From assembly GCF_036321535.1 (NCBI RefSeq), contig NC_087436.1, forward strand, positions 6,634,001 through 6,698,000: DNA of 64,000 bases, written 5' to 3'. This document shows positions 12,793 to 25,440 of this stretch, piece by piece. Within the stretch, counting starts at the first letter, position 1. Each line of letters opens with the position of its first letter. Source of the stretch: Camelus dromedarius. Its lineage: Eukaryota. The notes beneath the pieces are model-generated. The model did no database searches. It saw only the letters and a program-made list of their open reading frames with translations, and was not told the DNA's origin. The position numbers were made by a program, and so were the translations under genes.

Positions 12793-12889
12793 TTTTTACT
12801 AAAAACAGTTGGAATTTAATGCTAACTTAACATAGCATGTTTTTTACATGTTAGATGACCGTCTAATTTTTACTATTTAGAACACAGTG

Positions 12890-13500
12890 ATTTTTTTTTT
12901 AAAGAATGACTTAGAAGGAAAAACTTACAGTGCTGTAACAAAACTCCCTCCAATCTCATCGACTTGCTTATGTAAATGAGGTTTCACAGCATTTACATCT
13001 ATAAAAAGAAACAAAAAGTATAAATTACTGTCGAGCCCATCTGATTCTTGCAATGAGTAATCTTTATCCCTAAGAGTGAATAAACTGAATTTACCTTCAT
13101 CTGTCATTGAGACATGCATTTATCACACAACTTTATTTTGTGTATGTTTAAGAATTACAAATTGATGCTACATTGTTACATTTTGTACTAGAATGATGGG
13201 ATATTTTAATTAAGAGATTTATTATCCCAGAAGTAAATTCATTTAAATTTATATCTCTGTTTGTTACAGTGGATAATAATTGAACAATCAAAGATTTTCA
13301 AGTATAGAAATTGTTTTGCATGAAGATAAAATTATGTGGGGGAAGTGAATAGAATTATTAGCTCAAGGATATCAAAGAATGATGCAAAATCTTTGGCTGT
13401 TAATGGAGAGGTATCATATTTGGGGGACATTCATATTTAATTTGATATATTTTTTGTACTGATTTTTTCCCCAAAATTAGTGATGTTTAGATTCCATTTG
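12890..13500 (+). mobile_element. hAT-Charlie DNA transposon remnant
   Basis: 12932 onward translates AVTKLPPISSTCLCK*GFTAFTSIKRNKKYKL, a decayed hAT dimerisation motif (LLPF.STYLCE.GFS...IKTK.RN.L). Outer boundaries approximate. Confidence 0.7.
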
Positions 13501-13954
13501 TGCCTTGATTAGAAATTATTTAAGTAAGCTATGTAGCTCAGAGAATAAACCTTGACCTGGGGGCAGAACTGACGGTGCAGTCTTGCTAAGTAATTGGAAG
13601 CCAGAGGGTTGCACGAAGGTGTCTCCTACTAAGTCTTGAAAGAGAAGGAGCTCAGGGGAGGCAAATCAGTTCAGAAGGGGCTGAAAGAAGGAACCAAGTC
13701 CAAAAAGGAACAACAGAAATGGACATTTGAAACCATTATTTAGGCCATCGTTTCAGAAAACGTGTTCCCTAAAGCATGAGGGTCTCACAAGATGTCAGCA
13801 GATAGCTGTTCCATGAGAAAAAAAAAATTTTGGTAATGATTTTTTCCCTTTAAAATGAATCTTTTAAAAAATCTACACATAAGTAAATATCATATAGTAC
13901 ATTGACATAATTGTTTATGTGACTGTTCCTCTGCAATAATTTGTCCCGTGAGAG

Positions 13955-14200
13955 TGTATATAGCACAGCAGTTAAAAGGGTACGGTTCTGGGCCAGACTG
14001 ATGGTTTCATTACTCAGCTGTTCACTAGGTGGTGGCAGCTACTTAACCTTGGGTATCAGTTTTCTCATCTGTAAAATGGGAGTAATCATATTACTTCCCT
14101 CATAGGGTTGTTGCCAGGGTTAAATGAGAGAATAACAGGAAAATGCTTAGAACAAGGTCTGGGACAGAATAAGTGTTACAGATGGACTTGCTATTATTTT
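13955..14200 (+). mobile_element. MIR, near full length
   Basis: TAGCACAGCAGTTAA..TCAGTTTTCTCATCTGTAAAATGGGAGTAAT..CTCATAGGGTTGTTG..TTAAATGAG..TGCTTAGAACA. Confidence 0.92.
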
Positions 14201-15355
14201 TAAGAAATAGTGTACTGCACCTAAGAATATCATTGATCTATTAATAAGGAACTTTGATGTGCAAATTAGTGTGCAATCTGCTTAAATAACTAATAATTAC
14301 CACACTATATGTTATTATTCCTTCAACAAACATTAATTTATTGGCTACTGGTTTGTACTGGTCTATGCGATGTGTCTTTTTAAAATATTTTAGACTTTTT
14401 ATAGTCACCAAAATAAAAAAAGTAATTTCTCTAGCATTTTAATGTATAAGATTTAAAGAAAACAGATGAATCAAAATTTAATTCCTTCCAGCAATTAATC
14501 TGAAACCATATTTTGCTGTCTAGTTTAATCCAAATGACAAGTCGTGAACTCCTGTCATGTTTTATAAAGACAAAAGCAATTTTTAAAAAATTGAAAGGGT
14601 AAAGAAATTTGAGGAAGGCTGGCTGACACTGTAAAATTACTAAAATGTTGAATAAAAATACAAGGTTGTCAAGATACGCACATTAAATTTTCCAGTTGGA
14701 CTCCAGCACTGGTATATAAAGATACCATTGAATGACAACATAGAGATATTTTTTCCAACCGTATGAAACTGAACTCTAGGCTTGGTCGACATCGCTGGTA
14801 GATGCCAGCAAATCCACACTGACTTCTTCAAACCACTGGGTTTATATCCAGTGCACTGCAGTGATCATGCTGTAGTATTCTCCTTGTAATGTGCTCAACA
14901 GTGGACTGAAAATTCAGCCAGTGCTTTCCTGTCTATACGCTCAATGAGCTTTATAAAGTGCTTAACCCACTACAACAATAATTAGGTCTGCATCTGACCT
15001 TAAATAATTAGCAGAATCTCATTTATTCTTGGAAGGAAGGCAGAGCTAGAAAAACAATGTTTGAACTTATTTGGGCTTGGGGGCATCAGTGAAAATCAGG
15101 AAAGTATAGACTTTTTCTGAAAGACTGCACATTCTTGCAAAACTCTGCACAGAACTTCAGGGGATCTGTGTGATGTGTCTCAAAGCGTTGTCTGTGAACC
15201 GTCTGCATCCAGATTTCTTGAGGTTCTATTTCAAGTTCATTTCCTGAGTCCTATTCTTACTAGATTGGAATCTCATAGGATCAGGCCCAGAAAGAGGACT
15301 TTTAACAATGCCCACAAGTGAGACGATTTAAAAATAAACTTTTTTTTAATCAAAG

Positions 15356-15360
<5 letters not shown>

Positions 15361-15388
<28 letters not shown>
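15361..15388 (+). repeat. (CA)14 microsatellite
   Basis: Read directly from sequence. Confidence 0.97.
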
Positions 15389-15389
<1 letters not shown>

Positions 15390-15392
<3 letters not shown>

Positions 15393-16880
15393 CATATCCA
15401 CGTGTATCACTTTAAAAGTCAAATAGTACTAAAAGTCTTAAAAAAAAACCCCAGCAGTCTCCTGCTCCACACTTTCCCACCCCACCCCAGCCCTACAGGT
15501 TCCCACCCTCAACTTTTCTAGCTAGTTTCGTCATTTTCCTCCATATATTTTTTTTAAAATTACATGCATATGTCACGATTTCTTGGTTTGCCAATTTCAG
15601 TCCTGTCTCTTGACTTCCTGCCACTGTGAATAAATACGAGATCATTGCTTCCCTCCCCCAACTCCATTTTTTCTTATTCCCTCCCCATATATAACTATGT
15701 ATAATTTTTGTTAAATCAATAGCCCACATTACGTTAGAGAGATGATGTAATAAATATTGGTCCCTGAGCCAAGTAATGTGCTGAAAGCACACTTTTTCTT
15801 TCCCTGTGCAAGCTTTCTCTTTTTTTCCCTGAAGTTAATCATTGCCTCACTTTATCACCTGTTTGGTTTCCCAGCTACCTAATGCTAATCTTTTCCTAGG
15901 GTTCCAGCATCTCTGCCGTATCCTCTTTACGTTCCCATACTTACAGTGCAGCTTTCTTGCAGCCTCAGGAGCCCATCCCTTCTCCTTCCCTGGTCTGGCT
16001 GTTTTCTAGAGGCCCTGGGCTGCCCCTTCCTGCCACCTTGCTGCTTTTCTTTCTAGGATCTTCCTGCCCCATACTCCCTTTTCTTGTTTTCATCCTCTAT
16101 TTTGCTAACATGCATCTCCCAGCTGCTTAAGAAAGGATGGAGGTATGATGTCTGAGACCTTGTGTGTCCCAAAGTGTGTGTATTCTACGTGACGTGATGT
16201 GTAGTTTAGTTTGGGGAAGGATCCTAGGCTAAAATAGTTTTCTCTCCACCTGTTTATGGTGTGCGCCCTAGTCTCCCTTCACCAAGACCAGCCGGTAATG
16301 ACTCTGATGCTTTTCTGAGTTCTGTTTGGTTTTTGTGAACTGCTTTCTTCTCTGAAAGGTCTTTTAACTTTTTTCCTTACACAAGATGTTCTGAAATTTA
16401 ATGATGCTGTGCCCTAAAGTAGATGAAGAAAATGTATTCTTCTGGGTGAGCCCTACCAACATGGGGACTCATATCCTCAGTCCCAGGAGATTTTCTTCTG
16501 TTGTTTCTTTGATGATATGTTCCCCTGTCTTCGCTGATCTCCTTTCTGACAGTCCTCTTGGGAAGTCCATGAATGGATTCTCTAATGTTCCACCTTTCCT
16601 CTTCAATTTTCCATCCTTCCCAATTTTATCCTTCACTTTTTTTTAATTGAGTATTTTATTTACATCATCATATATTGAATTTTCAAGAGTACTTCCTTGT
16701 TGTGTTTTCTTTTTTCATCTCTTATTTTTGTTTAGACTAATCAATTCCAGTTTCTGAAGTCCCTTTCTCCCTGCATGGTCTCTGTTCACCCCAGATCCCT
16801 TTCAGCTCTGTGTGCATTTTCCTTTCCATGCTGGTGGTGTTCATCAAATACTGAGTTGTTCTTGGATTGCCCTTTGTATT
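15390..16880 (-). mobile_element. Degraded old L1M sequence (antisense)
   Basis: T-rich, with antisense L1M-type motifs (CTGAGACCTTGTGTGTC..TATTCTAC, GTTCTGAAATTT..ATGATG..TGCC, TTTTCAAGAGTACTTCCTTGTT). Confidence 0.5.
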
Positions 16881-16896
16881 TAAGAATCAGACTCTT

Positions 16897-17039
16897 GGGA
16901 GGGGGGAGGGTGTAGCTCAGTGGTAGAGTGTGTGCTTAGCATGCATGTGGTCCTGAGTTCAATCCCCAGGACCTCTGTTTAAAATAATAATAATAGTAAT
17001 AATAACAATAATAATAAATAAACTTAATTACCCCCCCAA
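16897..17039 (+). mobile_element. tRNA-derived SINE (Vic-1-like) with (AAT)n linker
   Basis: A and B boxes present; TSD AAGAATCAGACTCT 16882-16895 / AAGAATGAGACTCT 17040-17053. Confidence 0.94.
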
Positions 17040-18559
17040 AAGAATGAGACTCTCAACGTGTGATGAGAGGCTCTGTGTGGAGAGCCGATTCGTGGAATCC
17101 ATGAGTAGATACTCCAGTGGTGAACCAGCATCCACGGGGCTCCTACCATCACAGCTGTCTGCAGAGCTATTCTTGGCTGCCCTCCCCTCGCTGGGAGCTC
17201 GGCACTCGCCTAGTCCTTTTCTGGCCCACGGAGGGACAGTGTGGGTGAGGGCAGGAGGGACCTGGCGTCTGACTACTACATGTGCAGACCTTTCCCTCCC
17301 GAACGGCGAGGCCGTAGAGAGTCTCTGAGGGAAAATGGTCCTCATCTTCATCCTTGGGTTTTGAACTCCTCCTCTTTGATCAATTACTTACCCCTCCTTC
17401 ATCCACTTTCCGACTTCCAAGCACTCGTCCTTGGCCAAACATTTGCAGAAACCTCAAATTCTCTGTCTCCCTCTCCCTTTTTGTCTTTGTTCCTTGTAGG
17501 CCAACGCCTTCTTTTTTTATTGCTTTGCTGTTATTTTTGTGGTCTTTGAAGAGGTGGGGGATGGGACAGAATACCTGTGGGCCAATCACGATTTTAAGCA
17601 GAATTCCACAGTAATTCTTGTGCAACAAACACTTCAGGGTCACTGGCCAGAGCACAGTGGTGTTGGAACACTGGATGACTACTGGCTAAATACATAAACT
17701 AGATGAATTTATGTAGAATTAATGATTTAAGAACAACAAACGATGATGTTTGTTGAACTATTGACTTAGGCAGTCATCAGATCCCAAAATGAAAATCCCT
17801 GTCAAACAAATGAACAAAAAGGAAACAGAAAGAAAAGGGAAAGAAGGAAGAAAGATCACAAACGTGTTACTGTAGCTATTTCCATCTGCTCAGGGTGTGG
17901 GATGGAGACATCACTATATTCTTCCCTGTACTTTTCTGCATCCTCTACATTTTACGCACTGGGGGTCATTTGAGTGTGAATGCATGTGTGGGACTGAGTT
18001 TCTGTCTCTCTCCCAAGACCTCACCTTTGGAGGCAAAATAAAGTCCACAGAATCTGAAATATGTGCTTTAGTTGAAGAAGCTTTTACTGAGTGCCTAGAC
18101 CAACGTTATACACCTCGGAGGCATTAATAAATAGGTAAATACTACCAGAAAAGAAACTATTGTTTTGAAGTTTGGAAGAAGAAAGTGTCGTGTGGGTAAT
18201 CTTTTTAAGCTGAGAAGGAACAGTATCTTATCAACATTTTGACATTTAATTTGTTCAAAATAACCTACATAACTGGCACTTCTTATCTCACAGAATCTAT
18301 GCACGGAGCTGGAAATGAAAAAACCCATCCCCCTCTGTCCCACCCCAGTCTAAGCAAGATTCCAGAGTCATGGCACAGGGTCCTTGAAAAATATTCAGAG
18401 AAAACATAGCTGTCAGCATTTTATAATTTATAAATTAATGTATATAAGGCCAACTTTCTTGATTGCTTACCCAACGATCACCCTCCCTACTCCCTTGCTC
18501 TCTTTGTGAGAGCCTCAACTCACTGGAGGCAGGTGGGGTCCTTAATGAAGAATGGAGAT

Positions 18560-19570
18560 TGAAAGAGTCAGGCAGTCAAGGTGTGAGGAGGTGACTTTCA
18601 GTTGAAAAGGGAAAGATAAATAAGGGTTAATGAGACAAAGAGCTGTGGGATGGGTGGGGGTCTCCCTGGAAGAGGAGTCCCGGTAGAAGTGAAAATGCAC
18701 CATTGAGGCTGGAGGACAGCCAGGGAGTGGGAGGGTGGGGGGCTATGAATTGGGAGGGGGCGGGAGGGAGGGACGCGAACACAGGGGCCTCAGTTGGCCA
18801 CACTAAAGGTTCTGGGTGGCACCACATGCAGTGGGAGGCCTTTAAAATGTTCTGATCAAGGAAGTGACACAAAACAACTCACATCTTTAATCGATCTTTA
18901 CGGCGGCACACGTAGAGTAGGCTGGCAAAGGGGAGAGAAAGAGATCAATTCACAGCAGAAGTCCAGGCAGGGGATACTGATGGCTGATACAGGGTGACAG
19001 CGGCAGCTGAGAGGGAGGGGGACGGATGTGGGAAATGTCTTGATGATGAGGAGAGAGGGTCAAGACCGCTCCCCAAGTTTCTGTTTTAAACAAACATGTA
19101 GAGGGAGGCGCTGTGTTCTGAGGAGAGGAAGACGCAAGAGATGCAGGATTTGGAAGAAGCAAAGATTAAGAGTTGGGTGTGGGATGCCTGTAAAATATCC
19201 AACTGGACACATGGGGTAGATAGCTGGTTATAAAAACCGAGAAGAGGTCTGGATCAGAGGTAAAAGGCTGGGTGTCGTCAACGTATAGGTGGCATTCAGA
19301 GTCCCAGGAAGGGAGAGGAGGGGCACGGATGAGGGGAGAAGGAGTACTCTGGCCGAGATGGAAGAGAAACCCCGAGGAATCTCATGCTTTAAAGGATGGG
19401 GAAGGAGGAGCCTCCAGAGGAGACTGCAGGAGCAGCTAGGAGGGATGTGTAACACTAGAAGAGGTCTACAGCAGCAATGAGTGGGGATTTCAAAAAGGAA
19501 GAAGCGGTCAACTGTATCGACTGCAAAGACAGGGGGGTGCCTTGATTTCCACACCAGGGAAGTCACCGCT
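18560..19570 (-). mobile_element. L2 fragment
   Basis: GGAGGTGACTTTCAGTTGA.., GAAGTCCAGGCAGGGGATACTGATGGC, AGAAGAGGTCTGGA.CAGAGGT are antisense L2 motifs. Confidence 0.75.
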
Positions 19571-20132
19571 TGCTATGGCGAGATTATCAAGTGTTCTGTT
19601 GCAAATGCCAGAGACTCAGTTTACAGTGGATCAACCCTTGTGACATCAGAGTCCACTGAATCCAATTTTAGATTTTGAGTTTCTTTTCTGAGAGGTTCTA
19701 ACTATTTATTGGGATAGATATTTCACGACTGTCATTCTTTCTTAGACTTATATTATCCAAAGAACAAAAAGTGAACCTACTGATTAAAAATATAAAAAGA
19801 CTCATTCTGTCCTGCAATTACCATATGGGTCAATTAGACCCTTTCATAACTAGGTGATCTTAATTTCCTCCAGCTTTAAACATTTTACTATATCATTATC
19901 CTAGGAATTATTTCAACATTACTCAACAATTATTTCCAACTATGCTAGAAAAGACAAAGATAATAAGAAAACAGAAGACTCTGAATCACCTAGAAGGCTG
20001 GCTCAATGGTAACACATCATTATTACATCATCCTTTTATTACCTTATTGTATTGCCCAAAGTCCTGCATCATCTTTTAAGACAGGATAGGAGAAAAAAAA
20101 AGATGCTGGACACAGTGTCCTTGTAGTTTTTA

Positions 20133-20228
20133 TTTTTTATTTTATTTTTTTGATGGAGACACTGGGGATTGAACACAGGACCTCCTGCATGCTAAGCACA
20201 TGCTCTATCGCTGACCTATACCCTCCCC
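20133..20228 (-). mobile_element. tRNA-derived SINE (Vic-1-like)
   Basis: Antisense head GGGGATTGAAC..CTATACCCTCCCC; TSD TTGTAGTTTTTA at 20121-20132 and 20235-20246. Confidence 0.92.
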
Positions 20229-20516
20229 TACTCTTTGTAGTTTTTAAGTTAAAGCTTCTATCAATCACTGGTGATAATTCAGAATTCAGAAATTTCATTT
20301 TCTTCTCATAATAGCAAAGAAAAAAAGAAAACTGATAGAGAAAAACACTTCAGATTATTAGAAAACTCAGATGATAAATGCAAGAAGACAGACAGAAGCA
20401 CTCCAGACTTTAATGATGGAATTTATCAGAGAAGTGAAACTGCAGGCAATGAGTCTTTAGCTGATGCCGCCCTAGATAAATTTTCTCAAACTCAAGAAAA
20501 GTTTAACTGAACTTTT

Positions 20517-20610
20517 AACTGAATCACTACTATGCTGTACACCAGAAATTAGCACAGCATTGTAGACTGACTATACTTCAATTAAAAAACATTTTTTAAA
20601 TAAACAAAAA
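20517..20610 (+). mobile_element. Very short L1 3' end
   Basis: AACTGAATCACT..ATGCTGTACACCAGAAATT..GACTGACTATACTTCAATT followed by an A-rich tail. Confidence 0.85.
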
Positions 20611-20910
20611 TCAGGTTTGAAACAACAACAACAAAAAAATCAACGATTTAACAATATATATTTAAAGATGAAAAGGAAACATGGCATTTTTATCCAGTTA
20701 GCTGTTCAACAGGAACAATTTCATTATTCAATGAACCTGGGCTACGCTAAAAAGATGTGTGATGTATTCAGTTATCTTTTACGATGTTTTACATCAAATA
20801 TACTTGCTGCAGTTGTCAGTCAACAAATGCTAAAAACAATGTATACACAAAGGAGACTGGAAAGAAATGCATAAGGTAGAGATGAAAAAAATCCATCGAA
20901 TTGCTAATTC

Positions 20911-20972
20911 TACCTGTCCCCCAGATTTACTGAGATACAATTGACATATAACATTGGGTAAGTTTAAGGTGT
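20911..20972 (-). mobile_element. Very short L1MA/L1MB-type 3' end
   Basis: TTTACTGAGATACAATTGACATATAACATT..AAGTTTAAGGTGT; perfect TSD GAATTGCTAATTC on both sides. Confidence 0.8.
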
Positions 20973-21430
20973 GAATTGCTAATTCCAGCTGGTGTTTATA
21001 AATCTAAAAATGAAAATATTTTGCAGCTGAGAAGATAGTTATCCTCCCATCAACAAAATTACAAGCCATCTAAGTTTTCAGAAGTGTTGCTGAAAAATAA
21101 GATAGAAAGTTATTAATAAGATAGAAAACTAAGATAGAACTATTAGAGATGTTTTTGAAATCTGGTGTTAATATTTACGAGATGATTGTGTTCTGGGTTC
21201 ATATATGTTGATCGAGTTGTTCAAGGGACATGGTCCATTAGGGTAATATTCCTTCAAATGTAGGAAAATAAGGAATAAAAATTGAGTTTGTTTGAATTCT
21301 TATTAAAATTCATTTAAAATTATTTTTCACCATTCCTTTATTTTTCCTCTTGTAAACGATTTGCAAAATGATGTAAAAATATGAAAAAATAGAGCAGGGC
21401 CATTGGTGACAACTGTTTTCTCTGGTGTAC

Positions 21431-21874
21431 TGTGGGTTAAGCAGGTAGGGTGTATCTGTCTCAAATAATAAGCTATCGAGGACAGAAAACAGGACCCTCT
21501 CTTGGACACTGCTTTTGGCTTCAGATGATAGAAATATAATCTCATCAAAGGGGGAAGGTCAGCTCAGGGTGGAGGGATTGTGGTTCAGTTATGTTATGAA
21601 GGGGCACAGCTGGTTTCATGCTCACACTGATAGCAAGATAGTCAACGGCATTACACGTAAACGTACAGCGTCCACAGGGAAGGGAAAAACCCCGCATCTC
21701 TCCTTATACCTCTTTCTAGAGTGAGGAACCATCTTCCAGAATGGCTTCTTCTTCTCCAGAGGTTGAGATGGTGTCAGTGTGTCCTGAGGCACGCTGGCCT
21801 GGGGGAGGGATGGACACCTGAATAAAACTGGGGTTCTGTTGGGAGGAAGAGGGTTACGGGGCAATAGCGCCCAC
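21431..21874 (-). mobile_element. MaLR solo LTR (MLT1J/K-like)
   Basis: TG...CA ends; CTGCTTTTGGCTTCAGATGATAGAAA and AAACTGGGGTTCTGTTGGGAGGAAGAGGG are typical antisense MLT1 motifs. Confidence 0.65.
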
Positions 21875-22786
21875 AACAGTCTAATTGTGGACGCAAAACT
21901 CCTAAAGCAATTTACAGGATACACACTGATTGGAGGGAACTCTGACCAGCGCTTCGAATGGAACCGGGTAAGTCAGCCAGCCGTTTTTCAATTCCCCCTT
22001 CGCCATCTTGGTGCTGTTCTGCACCTCCAGACGTCCAGGATATTGTTTGACTCCCTCCTCCTCTGGACGGCTGCCTATAGGGGCAGCAGCTAGTATATTT
22101 TCCAAGATGCAGTGAGTGGAATGAAGTGGATGAGATGTATGGACCAATTGGTGCTGGAGACTGGGACTGTGGCAAGCCTCAGGGATGAGGCAGTGACCAA
22201 CCGGTCACAGGTGAGAGATGGGATGTCTGAAGAGGCCTGAACAGCCAAGAAGAGAGATAATGAAACTGCGGTGCGAGAGCTGTCTGGAGCTCAGCTGCCT
22301 CCCAGAACTTGGTTGGTTAGGATTTTTGTAATGCTTCAAAATCCAAAGAGAGGTGTGGCCAGAATCAGGATGAGGAAGAACGTGGTGCTAAGAGGAAGCA
22401 CAGTGAGAAAAGGGAGATGGGGGACCATTTCAGTTCCTTTTTTCTCTCCTAAATGAAGTGTTGTCATTAATAGTTTTAAAATTAAAACCACACTTTTCCT
22501 TTATAGCTGCCCAGTCAGGTCCGAGGATGCTGGCTGCCTGATTTTTTTCATCTCATCTTTTGGATGATTCTGTACACCTGGACTGGCTGGGACAGGAACA
22601 GCCCCTGGAGGTGAGGACACCATGCCAAATTTCTCTCCAGTACGCAGTTACAAAAGGCACTAGGCACACCAAGAATATGCAGGTTTTAGTCTGAAGAATA
22701 AAAGACATTTCTTTTTTTGTTGTTTTTTTAAAACCTACTTTTATATAACAATTGACTTCTATAGCTTTCCAGAAGTCTTGTATAGA

Positions 22787-22926
22787 TTTTTTTTTTCCTT
22801 TTTTCGGGAGGAGGTAATTAGATTCATTTATTTACTTTTTTTTTTCTTGATGGAGGTCCTGAGGATTGAACCTAGGACCTCGTGCATGAGGCATGCACTC
22901 TAGCACTGAACTTTAACTACCCCCCC
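22787..22926 (-). mobile_element. tRNA-derived SINE (Vic-1-like)
   Basis: GGGAGGAGGTAATTAG tail; GGATTGAACCTAGGACCTCGTGCATG head. Confidence 0.9.
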
Positions 22927-23038
22927 TTTTTTTAAATGTGAAGTGTAGTTGATTTATAATGTTAGTTCCAGGTGTACAGCGAAGTGATTCAGTTATACAT
23001 ATACATACATATACTTATTTTCTTTTCAGTTTCTTCAT
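22927..23038 (-). mobile_element. Short L1 3' end abutting the SINE
   Basis: GAAGTGTAGTTGATTTATAATGTTAGTTCCAGGTGTACAGC..GTGATTCAGTTATAC. Confidence 0.88.
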
Positions 23039-24764
23039 AAAAGACATTTCTGACTAGATGGGGTAAGGGAGGGTGGTATGTTTCTGGCCATAATGTGACT
23101 TGTCTTAATAAAGTCACAAGAGATGAGACCAATATCTGAGATACAGGATACTGACCAGTACTGGCAGTTCTACTGAGGTACATGCTCCCAGTAAACAGAG
23201 AGAAACAGCAAAGTTGCAAATTAGGGTCCTGTGTACCCTTCATCCTGCAAAAGGATGCACCAGCACGAACACAACCCACCACTTTAACAGGAAAAATCTG
23301 AAGGAAAAACATAAACGGAGTTTCGGTTTCTACCACTTTCCCCTTACCTTTGTGAATTTCAGCACTTCACAGTTACTATCCTACCGAGGCCCAAAACCTA
23401 CACAATAAAAATTGACGATGCAAATGAAAATGGCCCAGAAGAAATATTTTTTATTATTTCTATTTATGTAAATCCATTTGCCTTTTTGATTTCTCCTTTG
23501 AACAAGTCTCAGAGAACCCTGGTGAACCACTGCCCACTGCTGAGGCAGGAGATGCGGAGAGCCAAGGTGGGACTCTTCCCATCGTCAGAAAAACTGGAGA
23601 GCCAAGGATATAAGACTAAGGTTAAGAAGCTGCTTTTAGTGTGCTAAGCTCCATTACACCACAGGTGGCGATTTCTGCACCAAGGGGCGAAGTTTCACGG
23701 AGGCCAGAGTGGGCGGGGGGGGGGGGGGGAGGTAGGAAAGTGAACTCAAGTTTGGCAGCTCCTCCCTATCCGCACCAAAGAGTCTGCCGTAGACCCCACA
23801 TTAGGATGTGCTCTGACTGTTAAACACGTATTAGGAAAGCAGCCCTTTGTTGCAAGGTAGCTTTAGTTTCTAAACCTATGTAGTAAATTCCACGTGTTTT
23901 GTAATTGCACTTTCAACTTTCTACGTAACTGTGGGACGGTGGCCCAAGACGCCGAACAGAGCAAAGTATTCGACCAAACATTTAAATTATTAAAAAAAAA
24001 AACCACTAAACAAAAGCACATCTGCAGAAATCTAACTTGGATATCGCCGAAGTGCCAACACCTCGGGTGCAATGGGAGTCCCATCCGATCCGCGAGGCAG
24101 CAACCAATTGTATTCATCTCCCCCCGCCCCCAGCGCACGCCCCCCCAGGAGGTAGACCGCGCACCTGCCCAAGGCGGGGACCAAGTGCACGGCCTTTTGT
24201 CTCCGGAGAACAAAGAGCCGCCTTGCGCTCTCTGGCTGCGTCCTGGGACCCATGCGGTCTCCGGGACCCCGCGCTGTCAGCCGGGCCGCGCCCAGGGGCA
24301 GCCCCCACTTTAGACGCGCGACCCTCTGGCTCCCACCAGCCTGGGTCCCAACCCCGCCCCAGGGCCCCACCTCACCAACAGGGTTCCGCCCTCGGCCCCG
24401 AGCGCACCAGGGCCCCGCCCCCGCCTAGCCGCGCGACCCCCGACATCGGCCCCCAGTCGCGCGCCCCTGCGTCCCCCAGGCCTGTCCCCACGAGCCCGCA
24501 GATCTCTGATCCCTCGTTCCCCCCGCCGCCTGACCCCCGGGCTCCCGGCCCTCCAAGCGGCTCGCCCCACGACCCCCGCTCCCTCGCTCACCAGGGCTTC
24601 GCCCCAACCCAGTCACACACCCCGCCTCTGGGCCCCAGCACCCGGCGTCCCAGGCCTCCGCCCCCGCGAGGACCCGGGGCCCCTGTTAGCCACGGCCGCT
24701 GGGCTCTCCTGCTCCTCACCCAGTTGAGAGAGCAGGGCGGGGCCACTGGGCCAATGGCGGCCGC

Positions 24765-25325
24765 GCTCCCCTCTGCGCTCCGCCCCCCGCCCCCCTCTCC
24801 GCGCTCCCCCCCCCGCTCCAGCCCCTCCTCCGGGCTCCTCCCTCTGCGTTACTCCCTCCTCCCCTGCTTCACCCCCTTCGCGCTCCTCCCCCAACGTTCC
24901 CCTTCTCCCAGGCTCCTCCCCTCTCCCCGCCCGCGTTCCCCCCTCCACCTCGCGCTCTCCCCGTTCCACACCGCGGGCTCCTCCCCTACCATCCCCCCTC
25001 TGTTAACCTCCCCAGGCTCCTCCCTCCCCCCGGGCTCTCCCTCTACCCCGCTCTCCTCGCTCCTTCCCCCGGGCTCCTCCCCGTTCACACCCCACCGCGC
25101 TCCCCTCCCCCCCGTCTCCTCCCCCTACCGCGCTCCCCCCGTTCACCTCCGCAATCCCCCTCTCCGGGCTCCTCCTCCCTCCTCCCTTACTCTCCTCCCC
25201 CCGCTCCCCGCCCCGCGCTCCCCCTCCCCCCGCGCTCTCCGCCTTCCCCCCCCGCCGCGCTCCCGCTCCTCCTAGGGTCCCCCCTCCCTCCGCGCTCCCC
25301 ACCTCCCCGCGTTCCTCCCCTCGCC
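24765..25325. repeat. C-rich/pyrimidine-rich low-complexity tract
   Basis: About 560 bp of CTCCCC/CGCTCC-like degenerate units with very few A on the + strand. Confidence 0.9.
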
Positions 25326-25440
25326 CGCGGGAGGGACCTGTCAGCGCGCGGCGGCGGGCCAGCGCCGTCATATGACCGGCCGGCCGCCCCGGCGCCCAGC
25401 ACAGCCCCTCCGCCCCCGGCCCCGCGCGCCTGCCGCCGCG

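Larger units (their letters stand above)
19815..21220 (+). mobile_element. piggyBac-family (Looper-like) DNA transposon remnant with three nested retroelements
   Basis: Removing the 20911-20972 insert and allowing a 1-nt frameshift gives KGDWKEMHKVEMKK-SIELLIPAGVYKSKNENILQL, resembling piggyBac W..EMK.FIGLLI..G. Upstream ILAAVVS/TNAK resembles IL..IV..TN. GGGTCAATT.GACCC near the left end. Confidence 0.65.

Noticed and set aside
14400..15000. Apparently unique sequence that might be an exon or transposase remnant
   Set aside because: No recognisable peptide in the frames examined and no convincing splice-site pair.
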